From Pseudoalteromonas tetraodonis (GTDB lineage Bacteria; Pseudomonadota; Gammaproteobacteria; Enterobacterales; Alteromonadaceae), in NCBI RefSeq assembly GCF_002310835.1, contig NZ_CP011041.1, positions 1,110,001 to 1,142,000 of the forward strand: DNA of 32,000 bases, in the 5' to 3' direction. This document shows positions 18,358 through 27,220 of this stretch, one piece after another. The stretch's first letter is position 1. The number at the start of each line of letters is the position of its first letter. The notes beneath the pieces are model-generated. The model saw nothing but the letters and a program-made list of their open reading frames with translations. It had not been told where the DNA came from and searched no databases. The position numbers and the translations under genes are program-made.

Positions 18358-21081
18358 TCAAAGAGAATGCGAATAAAGTGGTAGTTTCTCAGACAAATTC
18401 ACAGATTTGGCACTTAAAAGCTCATATCTTGGGCGATCTGCATTAAAAATTTCAGCGGCGTAGGCTTTTAAATGTTCAAGCGTTAATGCGTTTAAAGAAT
18501 TCAGCAGGCGTTGCTGCATATTAAACCGATGATCGCCATTACCTATAGCAAGCCATAAACGTTGTGAACGTAAACGCAAATTTTTGTCTTTTTCAGCAAT
18601 ATGGGTTGTTAATCCATGTTTTTGTTGCAGCCAGTCTTGTTCTGTTAGTTCATTAATTGTTGCTAAATACTGGCTAATAAATAAATTATGCCTGTGCAGT
18701 AACGTGGTGGGCTCAAATTTTGGTGATTGTATATAAAAGGCAATACCAGCACGGGTATTAAAAGGAGCGTATCCTGCGCCTACTAAATAACCGAGTTGTT
18801 GCGTGGTTCTGAGTTCATTAAAGTAATCTTGATTAATTAAATGATTCAGCGCCATCATTTTCACTTTTTCATTAACGTCATCGCTTTGTGCTTGGTAGTA
18901 AATCACCATGGCATTATCGCTGCAGGCAAGTTCAAGCTCGTAGCGGGTCACTTTAGTGATTTCATAAAGTGGGCGCTTTAAATCGTCGATAACGGCTGAT
19001 TTTTTAAGGTGCTGGGCGACCTTCTTTTGAAACTCAAGCGCATCATTTTGCTGCCAATTACCATGTAAAAAAGACTCAACATGAAGGGCATTAAAAAACG
19101 CTTGTCTAAATTCATTAAACTGATGGAAACAGGTGTCTTTGAGTGCATTTGCTAACTCGTCAGGCTGAGGATTCCACGGCATTATTTTAGCGCCTAAAAT
19201 ACTAAATAGCTCACTAACGGGTTTGTTTTGGTTGCTATTACGCCAGTGCCTTACCAGTTGTTTTTTATATTCTGCAAAGCGTTTGGCACAAATTTTTACG
19301 TTAAATAGTGCATCAATCAGCTGATCGACTAATTCGAGTTGGCTTGAAGAAAGCCCCGCAGTGTGAAGCGTTAAGCCACCTTGATGAGAGGTTAAGTGAT
19401 AACTTAAGCCCGCAAGTTCCGCTGGGTAAAACTGTTCGCCAACACTGTCCATGAATAAATCTGAAAATAACCGCGTCAGTGCCATATGTTTCACATCTTT
19501 TACTGCAAAGTCAGAGTCCATGGCTAAATAAAAATGCCCTTTGGCGACTCTAAAGGTGGCGTCTTGTTTAAACCAAAAGTCAAAGCCTGCTTCTTTTACC
19601 AGTAATGTTGGATGTCGTTGCTGTGATTCAACCGGATATAAAATGACATCTTTAGCTAAATAAGGATTAGCCGTGGGCAATAGCATTTCACTTTGTGGCT
19701 GGCTAATCTGTGCAAGTGCTTCGAGCCAATGTAGCGACAATTTTTCAATTTTATAGGGGGTGTTATACCAAGCAGCTGTGTGTTCAGGCTCTACATCAGG
19801 ATGAATAAGCACTAAACGCATGTTGTGCGGAGTTAACCACTGCATAGCCATTTCATGCGTGCTGGCTTTAAAGCCCTCCATTAAATAGTCACCCTGTAAG
19901 TAATTAACTTCATCGTAGTGTTGCATGTTAATACTTAAATTACTGACCCAATCAATTAGGCGAGACTTTTCTTGGTTATCAAATGCGATTTGTAATAGTT
20001 TTTGCTTATCTTGATATAGGCGAGGTAGTTTGCTGGTGTTGTTATTAATTAAACAAATGTATTCAAACACCATTTCAATAATATCTTCGTAGTATTCAAT
20101 GCCTTCATCGGTCAGCGCCATACTAATATTAAAGTCTTTAAAATTACTGCCATTAATTCCGCCACCTGCAGAGAGGGCATTGATCCAACCTTGCTCTTTA
20201 AGCACAGAATACAACGAGCCTTGCCCCTCATAACCTAGTAAGTGCGCAATAAAGCTGACCGTTTTATGACGATAAAAATCGTCAATGTTTGGCATGGCAA
20301 AGCTAATAATCAGCTTTTGTACATGTTTGTGTGGCTCAATATGAAGCAACTTACCCAAGTCTTGGCTGCGATAAAGCGGCGCTTCTATAGGTGGCTTTAA
20401 TTGGTGTTTATCTCCCTTTATCTGGGAGAAATACTGGGTTGCCCATGCCTCAAGTGTATCTAATGACTCATTGGCACAAATCACTAACGTCATCCACTGA
20501 GCTTGGTAATGCCTATTAAAAAAGTCACGTAATTCATCACTAATACAGCGCTTTCTATCTGCTAATGTTTGCAAGTTTCCCACTGAGAACTTAGCAAAAG
20601 GATGTTCTGGGTTAACCGTTTCTTTATGCACTTGATAAATTCGACGGCCATCGTCTTTAATTTTTAATTTAAACTCAGCCTCAATAGCATTACGTTCTTT
20701 TTCTGTTTCAGCGGGGTTTAGTGTGGGCGCTATAAAAAACCGACTAAATTGTGCTAATGCTGTTTCAATATGATGGTTATTAATATCAAAGAAATAGCAG
20801 GTATGCTCTGTGCCAGTCCACGCGTTGGTATTGCCACCAGACTGCGAGACAAAATTATTAAAACTTCCTGATTCAGGATAAAGGTCAGTGCCTAGAAACA
20901 ACATATGCTCTAAAAAGTGCGCTAGGCCTTGTCTATCAAGCGGATCATCAAAGTGACCAGCGTTAACAGCCATGGATGCGGCAGCTTTTGCTGAGTCTTG
21001 ATCGTGCACTAAAAGTACTTTTAGACCATTGTCCAGTGTTAGTGTGCGGTAAGCTCTGTTATCATTGGTGCTGATTTTCAA
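18358..21081 (-). CDS. M16-family zinc metalloprotease (insulinase/pitrilysin-like), no signal peptide
   Basis: The 907-aa ORF carries the inverted zinc motif HxxEH (GLAHFLEHMLF). Its N-terminus DNRAYRTLTLDNGLKVLLV aligns with mature E. coli PtrA (DNRQYQAIRLDNGMVVLLV). Confidence 0.9.
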   Translation of the reverse strand: MKISTNDNRAYRTLTLDNGLKVLLVHDQDSAKAAASMAVNAGHFDDPLDRQGLAHFLEHMLFLGTDLYPESGSFNNFVSQSGGNTNAWTGTEHTCYFFDINNHHIETALAQFSRFFIAPTLNPAETEKERNAIEAEFKLKIKDDGRRIYQVHKETVNPEHPFAKFSVGNLQTLADRKRCISDELRDFFNRHYQAQWMTLVICANESLDTLEAWATQYFSQIKGDKHQLKPPIEAPLYRSQDLGKLLHIEPHKHVQKLIISFAMPNIDDFYRHKTVSFIAHLLGYEGQGSLYSVLKEQGWINALSAGGGINGSNFKDFNISMALTDEGIEYYEDIIEMVFEYICLINNNTSKLPRLYQDKQKLLQIAFDNQEKSRLIDWVSNLSINMQHYDEVNYLQGDYLMEGFKASTHEMAMQWLTPHNMRLVLIHPDVEPEHTAAWYNTPYKIEKLSLHWLEALAQISQPQSEMLLPTANPYLAKDVILYPVESQQRHPTLLVKEAGFDFWFKQDATFRVAKGHFYLAMDSDFAVKDVKHMALTRLFSDLFMDSVGEQFYPAELAGLSYHLTSHQGGLTLHTAGLSSSQLELVDQLIDALFNVKICAKRFAEYKKQLVRHWRNSNQNKPVSELFSILGAKIMPWNPQPDELANALKDTCFHQFNEFRQAFFNALHVESFLHGNWQQNDALEFQKKVAQHLKKSAVIDDLKRPLYEITKVTRYELELACSDNAMVIYYQAQSDDVNEKVKMMALNHLINQDYFNELRTTQQLGYLVGAGYAPFNTRAGIAFYIQSPKFEPTTLLHRHNLFISQYLATINELTEQDWLQQKHGLTTHIAEKDKNLRLRSQRLWLAIGNGDHRFNMQQRLLNSLNALTLEHLKAYAAEIFNADRPRYELLSAKSVNLSEKLPLYSHSL

Positions 21082-21265
21082 ATGATGCTCCTGAAACTAA
21101 ACGTATAATTGTTAACAACAGATGATAACTTCAGGAATGCAATGCTATTTACCTGAACATCATGAAAGAACTATTTTAAGAAAATAAATAGGTTTGAGTT
21201 ATTAATATAGCGGAAATTCGAGCAAACTGGCTACTGTTTTATATTCTTTAATTGGTTGATTTTTT

Positions 21266-21742
21266 ATGAAAACAATCTTGATAATGCGTCATGGTGAAGC
21301 AATACCGATGCACTCTGATGATGTCAGTAGAAATTTGACTCCTTTGGGCCATCAGCAGGTAGAAAAAATGGGGCTGTGGTTACAAAAAAAACATGCTCCA
21401 ACGGGGTTATTAGTGAGTCCTTATGTAAGAGCGCAGCAAACAGCTGAGGGTGTTAAAAAAAATAATACCTTTTTATTTGAAGAGACCTGCCAAGATATTA
21501 TTCCTGAAGGTAACCCGCAGGTTGCTGCAGATTATTTAGAAACGTTAATCGCGCTTCATCCAGAATGCGATACTTGGCTTGTGGTTGCCCATATGCCTAT
21601 GGTGAGCTATTTGGTTGATCAGTTGTGTGCTGGGCACATGCCTATTTTTAATACCGGCGCTGTTGCACAAATTAGTTATGATGAAACTCGCCATAAAAGT
21701 GATTTTATCACCATTAATGCACCAGCGAATGTAGATGCATAG
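21266..21742 (+). CDS. sixA: Phosphohistidine phosphatase SixA
   Basis: The 158-aa ORF has the N-terminal catalytic RHG motif (ILIMRHGEA) and the VSPY.RA.QT segment. Its size is typical of SixA. Confidence 0.85.
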   Translation: MKTILIMRHGEAIPMHSDDVSRNLTPLGHQQVEKMGLWLQKKHAPTGLLVSPYVRAQQTAEGVKKNNTFLFEETCQDIIPEGNPQVAADYLETLIALHPECDTWLVVAHMPMVSYLVDQLCAGHMPIFNTGAVAQISYDETRHKSDFITINAPANVDA

Positions 21743-21808
21743 CGTGTAAACGAGCATTTAGCTAAGCTACTTTCTGTTAGATAAATGCCAATACTTTTAG
21801 GTATTTGT

Positions 21809-22732
21809 CTACAGTAGAATTGTTAACCACATACTAAAACTCACCACACTCAAAACTGTCGATAAAACAACCGCACTGGCTAACGTATCTTGATGTTGTT
21901 TTATTTGGCATGCAATTAAGTACGCATTAACCCCCAAGGGCGATGCGCTCAATAATACGAGTACTTTTAACAGCGACTCATTAATAGCAAATACATGTGA
22001 GCCTAACACTAATACTAAGGCGGGCAATATAACTAGCTTTAACAGGCTGGCAATAGCTGCCGCTTGCCAGTTATCGCTAATTTTATAAAAAGCTAAGTTT
22101 GCGCCTAAAACAAATAACGCACAGGCAATGGCAGGTTTAGCTAAAAGCGCTAAGCCATTAGTTAAATCAGAAAATAAAGTAATCCCTGCTAAATTTACCA
22201 ACAAACCCGTGCTAATACTCAATACGACAGGGTTGAGTAGCATATTTTTGGCAAATGTTGACCAAGAAAACACATGACTGGCACTGTTTGCACTAATTAA
22301 AAAGGTAAGGGTGAACAATAGCGCGCTATGAAAGGTGATGATCATAAAAATAATGCCCATCATTTGCTCACCTAATGCTGCAATGATAATGGGCAAGCCC
22401 ACCAATACGGTATTTGAATAACTACTGCCAAGGGCAAATACACTGTGACGTTCATATTGAGGATGTTTAGAGAGAGTGTAGCGGTCAATAATGAGCGCAA
22501 AAAAATAAATTAAAATAACGGGAATATAAAAGCTTAAAAAGCCATTTAAGCTCACGCTGGTTTTTAGGTCTGCCTGGGCCATATTTAAAAATAAAAAACT
22601 GGGTACACTAATGTAAAAAGTAAATTTACTGAGCCCTGTTATATGAATGCGTTCTAAAAACTGACTTCGGCTTGCTATGTAGCCGCATAACACAATAAAA
22701 ATAAGCGGAAATATAATCGAAAATATATGCAC
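21809..22732 (-). CDS. AEC (auxin efflux carrier) family permease
   Basis: The 307-aa polytopic membrane protein has about 10 hydrophobic segments. The N-terminus PLIFIVLCGYIASR is typical of the AEC/Mem_trans family. Confidence 0.75.
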   Translation of the reverse strand: MHIFSIIFPLIFIVLCGYIASRSQFLERIHITGLSKFTFYISVPSFLFLNMAQADLKTSVSLNGFLSFYIPVILIYFFALIIDRYTLSKHPQYERHSVFALGSSYSNTVLVGLPIIIAALGEQMMGIIFMIITFHSALLFTLTFLISANSASHVFSWSTFAKNMLLNPVVLSISTGLLVNLAGITLFSDLTNGLALLAKPAIACALFVLGANLAFYKISDNWQAAAIASLLKLVILPALVLVLGSHVFAINESLLKVLVLLSASPLGVNAYLIACQIKQHQDTLASAVVLSTVLSVVSFSMWLTILL

Positions 22733-22764
22733 TAAAAAAGACTCTTATTGATTGGCTCTAGTGC

Positions 22765-23322
22765 TCAGCGTCTAAACTCATCACTTTGCGGTAAGTTAAT
22801 TAATATGAGTACCGCCCCTTTACCGCCATACTCAAGCGGAGCTTGGTGCATAGCAATTACATCGGGGTGTTGCACTAAATATTGCGGTACTTTATGCCTG
22901 AGGATATGGCCGCCAATTCCATGTACAACACAGGCACAATAGTAATGTTTTTTTTTACACTCATGAATAAGCCCTGCGAGTTCATCTTTGGCTATCTCTT
23001 TATTCAAGCCATGCAGGTCGAGGGTTAAATCAGGAATAAAATCCCCTCGACGAAGTTGTTTGGCTAAAAAACGATCCTGACCCTGTTGTACATAATTAAC
23101 GGTACCATGTGTGTCTATATCGGGCACATATTCATCAGAAAAGAAAAATTCTGACTGTTGTTGCTTTTTTTGCTGGGCAAATTGCTTCGCTTGTGACACT
23201 TTAGGTTTATTGCTAAAACGGTGAGTGTCTTGTTTAAATACACGCGCACCACTGATACTTTGACGAAACAAGTCAATGTCGTCAGGACTAATTAGGCTGT
23301 TTGAGTGGGGATCTTTTTTCAT
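22765..23322 (-). CDS. smrB: Smr-domain endonuclease SmrB
   Basis: The N-terminus D..LFRQ...G.R..KQDT matches E. coli SmrB. The C-terminal Smr domain is present (LDLHG......E.........C..VVHG.G...L). It is divergent from prmB, as in E. coli. Confidence 0.85.
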   Translation of the reverse strand: MKKDPHSNSLISPDDIDLFRQSISGARVFKQDTHRFSNKPKVSQAKQFAQQKKQQQSEFFFSDEYVPDIDTHGTVNYVQQGQDRFLAKQLRRGDFIPDLTLDLHGLNKEIAKDELAGLIHECKKKHYYCACVVHGIGGHILRHKVPQYLVQHPDVIAMHQAPLEYGGKGAVLILINLPQSDEFRR

Positions 23323-23370
23323 AGCGGCAGTCTAAACAAAAAAGCGGTAAAAATCGAGTAAAAAGGTGTG

Positions 23371-23540
23371 ATACCCAAGCAGCTTTGAGGTGCATAGTAC
23401 AGCGCCATTAGGGTTAGTTAAAAAGCGATTTATACTGCGTTATTGATTTGAACAATAGAGTGACTATTATTTGCAATCAAAGCCTTACCTAAATCGCTTT
23501 TAATACTAACTGCGCTCGCACCTAGAGGTGGCTTGGGTAT
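23371..23540. repeat. ~170-nt nested imperfect palindrome (MITE-like element or structured RNA) in the smrB-prmB intergenic region
   Basis: Outer arms are 23371-23393 ATACCCAAGCAGCTTTGAGGTGC and 23518-23540 GCACCTAGAGGTGGCTTGGGTAT, where the terminal 10 bp and inner 6 bp pair. AGCGC 23401-05 pairs with GCGCT 23512-16. GTTAGT 23413-18 plus AAAAGCGATTTA 23421-32 pair with TAAATCGCTTTT 23490-23501 plus ACTAAC 23505-10. The apex is AATAG 23454-58 / CTATT 23464-68. Confidence 0.6.
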
Positions 23541-23550
23541 ACAATAGGGC

Positions 23551-23593
23551 AATCATGGGGCCAATGATGCGCCCCGATTGAGTTTATTTTTTT
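23551..23593 (+). terminator. Terminator-like hairpin plus T-run 25 nt upstream of the prmB start (possible sRNA end or leader attenuator)
   Basis: AATC(at)GGGGC 23551-61 pairs with GCCCCGATT 23571-79. It is followed by gagTTTaTTTTTTT (23583-93). Confidence 0.4.
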
Positions 23594-23617
23594 GAAAGTA
23601 GCAGGCAGATAATACTG

Positions 23618-24553
23618 ATGAGTGAATTACTAATAGAAGAAGCAACCCTAGATGAAGCTGTTGCAGAACTTTCAACCTTACACGATTGGCTTCGTTGGAC
23701 AACTAGTCAATTTGCAAGTAGCGGTATTTTCTTTGGTCATGGCACCGATAACGCATGGGATGAAGCGGTAAGTTTGTTATTACCGGCGCTTAGTTTGCCT
23801 ATCGATGCACCCAAAGAGCTGATGCATGCGCGTTTAACCAGTACTGAAAAAAATCGTTTAGCGGGCTTAATTGCCGAGCGCATTAACGATTTTACCCCAG
23901 TACCTTACCTTACCAACATTGCATGGTTTGCTAACATGCCATTTTATGTGGATGAACGCGTATTAATTCCTCGCTCGCCTTTTGCTGAGCTTATTAATAA
24001 TCGCTTCACCCCTTGGTTAGAAAAACCAGAGTCAGTAGGGCGTATTTTAGATTTATGTACAGGCTCAGGTTGTATTGCTATTGCCTTGGCACAAGCGTTC
24101 GAGAATGCGCAAGTTGATGCGGTTGATATATCCTATGAAGCGCTTGAAGTGGCTGATATTAATATCACTGACTATCAACTAAGTGATCGCGTACTACCGA
24201 TTCAGTCTGACGTATTCAGTGGTGTACCTGGGCAAAAATACGACTTAATCGTAGCAAACCCGCCGTACGTTGATGCTGAAGATATGGCTGATTTACCACG
24301 TGAATTCCACCATGAACCAGAACTAGGATTAGCATCGGGACACGATGGCCTTGATGTAACACGTACTATTTTAGATCAAGCTAGTGAGCATCTAACAGAT
24401 AACGGTTTGTTATTTGTCGAAGTAGGTAACTCTATGGTACATATGGATGCACTGTATCCAGGCGCACCATTTGAATGGATTGAGTTTGAACAAGGCGGAT
24501 TAGGGGTGTTTGTTATTAGCAAACAACAACTAGATGCCTACTTTGCACAGTAA
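23618..24553 (+). CDS. prmB: 50S ribosomal protein L3 Gln150 N5-methyltransferase PrmB
   Basis: The 311-aa ORF has the SAM motif ILDLCTGSGCIAI and the catalytic NPPY (IVANPPYV). The N-terminal PrmB-specific region is present (FGHGTDNAWDEA). It lies upstream of aroC, as in E. coli. Confidence 0.95.
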   Translation: MSELLIEEATLDEAVAELSTLHDWLRWTTSQFASSGIFFGHGTDNAWDEAVSLLLPALSLPIDAPKELMHARLTSTEKNRLAGLIAERINDFTPVPYLTNIAWFANMPFYVDERVLIPRSPFAELINNRFTPWLEKPESVGRILDLCTGSGCIAIALAQAFENAQVDAVDISYEALEVADINITDYQLSDRVLPIQSDVFSGVPGQKYDLIVANPPYVDAEDMADLPREFHHEPELGLASGHDGLDVTRTILDQASEHLTDNGLLFVEVGNSMVHMDALYPGAPFEWIEFEQGGLGVFVISKQQLDAYFAQ

Positions 24554-24644
24554 CAATTAATACTAGCCATTCATCCGAAATGGCTGGGCAAAACAATAGC
24601 CGAGTTAATCCTCGGCTATAAGTCATTAGGAATGAGGAAAGTTA

Positions 24645-25742
24645 ATGGCAGGTAATAGCATAGGGCAGTTATTTAAAGTGTCCACCTTTGGCGAAAGCCA
24701 CGGCGTTGCATTAGGCGGCGTAGTGGATGGCACGCCCGCAGGCCTTGAAATCACTGAGGCCGACATACAACACGATTTAGACAGACGCAAACCTGGGCAA
24801 AGTCGTTATACCACGCAGCGCCGTGAGAGCGACCAAATCAAAATTTTAGCGGGCGTTTTTGAAGGTAAAACCACTGGTACCAGCATTGGTTTATTAATTG
24901 AAAATACCGATCAACGTTCACAAGATTATGGCAAAATTAAAGATGTATTTCGCCCAGGCCACGGTGACTATACCTACTGGCACAAATACGGCCTTCGCGA
25001 TTACCGTGGTGGTGGCCGTTCATCTGCGCGCGAAACCGCTATTCGAGTTGCCGCAGGCGCTATTGCTAAAAAGTATTTAAAGCAATTTCATGGTATTGAA
25101 GTACGTGCGTGTTTGAGCCAATTAGGGCCAATTAAAGCTGAAAATTACGATTGGGATGAGGTGGAAAATAACTTATTCTTTTTCCCAGACGTTAGCAAGC
25201 TTGAAGCACTCGATGAATATATGCGCGAGCTTAAAAAGCAAGGCGACTCAGTGGGCGCGAAAGTCAAAGTGGTCGCTAAAAATGTGCCTGTTGGTTTAGG
25301 TGAGCCGGTATTTGATAGGCTAGATGCCGAACTTGCCCATTCATTAATGAGTATTAACGCTGTAAAAGGCGTTGAAATTGGCGATGGCTTTGATGTGGTT
25401 GAGCAAAAAGGCTCAGAGCACCGTGATGAGTTAACCCCTGATGGTTTTACCTCAAATCATGCCGGCGGCGTATTGGCAGGTATTTCTACAGGGCAAGATA
25501 TAATCGCATCCATTGCGCTTAAGCCAACATCAAGCATTACCATTCCCGGTAATAGTATTAACACGAGTAATGAAGCGGTTGAGATGATCACCAAAGGTCG
25601 TCACGATCCTTGTGTAGGTATTCGTGCTATTCCGATTGCTGAGGCAATGATGGCCATTACTTTAATGGATCATTTACTACGTCAACGCGGTCAAAACCCA
25701 CATGTTAACCACGAACATGGGCCAATTAAAGGCGCTATTTAA
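24645..25742 (+). CDS. aroC: Chorismate synthase
   Basis: The 365-aa ORF carries [29 protein letters not shown] and [19 protein letters not shown] lies upstream. Confidence 0.97.
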   Translation: MAGNSIGQLFKVSTFGESHGVALGGVVDGTPAGLEITEADIQHDLDRRKPGQSRYTTQRRESDQIKILAGVFEGKTTGTSIGLLIENTDQRSQDYGKIKDVFRPGHGDYTYWHKYGLRDYRGGGRSSARETAIRVAAGAIAKKYLKQFHGIEVRACLSQLGPIKAENYDWDEVENNLFFFPDVSKLEALDEYMRELKKQGDSVGAKVKVVAKNVPVGLGEPVFDRLDAELAHSLMSINAVKGVEIGDGFDVVEQKGSEHRDELTPDGFTSNHAGGVLAGISTGQDIIASIALKPTSSITIPGNSINTSNEAVEMITKGRHDPCVGIRAIPIAEAMMAITLMDHLLRQRGQNPHVNHEHGPIKGAI

Positions 25743-25762
25743 GCGCGCTTTACTATAAATTA

Positions 25763-25792
25763 ATAATAAACGCGCACTAGCGCGTTTATTAT
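25763..25792 (+). terminator. Hairpin terminator after aroC
   Basis: ATAATAAACGCGC (25763-75) pairs with GCGCGTTTATTAT (25780-92) in a perfect 13-bp stem with a 4-nt loop. The T-rich tract is part of the 3' arm, so this is not a canonical long U-run. Confidence 0.55.
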
Positions 25793-25868
25793 GTACAGGC
25801 TATACATCTTTATTGCCGCTCAATAATTTCCATGTGCTTAGCGCACCTAAAAATAAAGAGCAGTCATT

Positions 25869-26255
25869 ATGCAAAAAAATAATCAATCTCACGTTACACA
25901 AGCTGAATATAAAGCCACCATAAAACGGCTTGAAGAGTTTAGCCGCTTTACCGACAGCAGCATTGGTATTCCGTTTACTAAATTTAGTTTCGGTGTCGAA
26001 TCATTGATTGGGCTATTGCCAGTGGTAGGCGATTTAGCCGGGCTTATTTTATCTGGGTATGTATTAATTGAAGCGCAGCGATTAGGTGTTAGTAAGCGAG
26101 TAAAAAGCCGGATTATTTTAAACATGTTAGTTGATTTTGTAGGTGGGCTTATTCCATTTTTTGGTGATATTTTTGATGCCATGTTCAAAGCAAATACGCG
26201 CAATACCCGCATACTTAAAAAGCATTTAAGCGATAAGCTAACCACAAATCCATAA
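25869..26255 (+). CDS. DUF4112-domain membrane protein
   Basis: The 128-aa ORF follows the DUF4112 pattern: D..IGIP.T.F.FG...LIGL.P..GD......S.Y....A...G.S......M..N...D...G.IP..GD.FD..FKAN.RN. Confidence 0.75.
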   Translation: MQKNNQSHVTQAEYKATIKRLEEFSRFTDSSIGIPFTKFSFGVESLIGLLPVVGDLAGLILSGYVLIEAQRLGVSKRVKSRIILNMLVDFVGGLIPFFGDIFDAMFKANTRNTRILKKHLSDKLTTNP

Positions 26256-26301
26256 ACCACTTAAGTTAATAAATGTGTAATTAGCTCCCATTATTAATTA
26301 T

Positions 26302-27033
26302 TTATTTGGTATCAAAGAAGTACTTAGCGATGATCTGTTTTTGTTGCCCAAACTGATCAGAAATTCCAATTCCAATCCCAATTATTTCACCTTGTGCTTG
26401 CGGTGGCTCAGCTTGCATAACTTTATTAAACGCAGCCAATGCAGGGTTTTGCTCATTTGCAAGTAGGGTTAAATGTGGCTGAAAGTTTTGAAACACATTT
26501 GGGCTACCATAACGCTCAAAGGCCACGAGTTTATTAGGGTAATGCTTTACCCAACTTGGTACTGGCGCTTGATGATCGCGAAGTGGCTCAAGTTTAAGTG
26601 TCACTTCATCGGCTAAGCGTTGTAACTGATAAGATTTTTCTAAGTCTATAAAGGCCCAATTACTGGCAGATACACTAAACCCATTGGCTTTAATTTCAAA
26701 AGGTTGATGTTTCTTTACAATACGCTCCACCACCTGCTTAATTTCATTTTGTGCCTCTTGCGGATAATCAGTCAAATATAATGTGGCATGCACGGGTAAG
26801 CCTTGCTGATAAAACGTGGTTATTTGCTGTTTGGCTAGTTCATTGCTGGTTGTAGCCATGAGCTCAACAATTGGCGAAGAGGGAATAGCAAACACGTTAA
26901 TACTCACGCTTTTTGCATAACTATTGGCAGAGGCACTCAGTAGCGCTAAAAAAGTAAGAATGCTAACTGGCCATGCTTTAGTGGTGTGTTGTTTAACCAT
27001 AAGAGTGTATTCATTTAGGTTTTTAGTTTGCAT
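26302..27033 (-). CDS. Secreted 2H-phosphoesterase-superfamily-like protein (hypothetical)
   Basis: A signal peptide is present (AWPVSILTFLALLSASANSYA|KS). There are two H-x-T-x motifs 105 residues apart: HATL (His codon 26788-26790) and HLTL (His codon 26473-26475). The start is either 27033 or the ATG at 27000. Confidence 0.55.
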   Translation of the reverse strand: MQTKNLNEYTLMVKQHTTKAWPVSILTFLALLSASANSYAKSVSINVFAIPSSPIVELMATTSNELAKQQITTFYQQGLPVHATLYLTDYPQEAQNEIKQVVERIVKKHQPFEIKANGFSVSASNWAFIDLEKSYQLQRLADEVTLKLEPLRDHQAPVPSWVKHYPNKLVAFERYGSPNVFQNFQPHLTLLANEQNPALAAFNKVMQAEPPQAQGEIIGIGIGISDQFGQQKQIIAKYFFDTK

Positions 27034-27220
27034 ATGGTAAGCGCAATTAGGTGTTCAGTAAATAAAGGCATAAAGTTTTTAAATTTCTGATTTTGTGACT
27101 AATATTATTTTAGCTCAAACAATTAATGATTAACTTACTTCATAGGCTTTGAATATTGCTAAATTGCAATTTTCAACGACGTATATTTACTGCTTTTAAA
27201 AGTGTCGCAAGGAACGTTCA

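Noticed and set aside
21743-21808. Expected terminator between convergent sixA and the AEC permease gene
   Set aside because: Only a weak AT-rich 5-bp stem (AATAC/GTATT) is present. There is no GC-rich hairpin or T-run, so nothing is annotated.
25889-26260. 123-aa minus-strand ORF covering the same DNA as the DUF4112 gene
   Set aside because: The + strand translation carries the DUF4112 signature (IGIP, GD..., GD.FD..FKAN.RN). The minus-strand product has no recognisable features.
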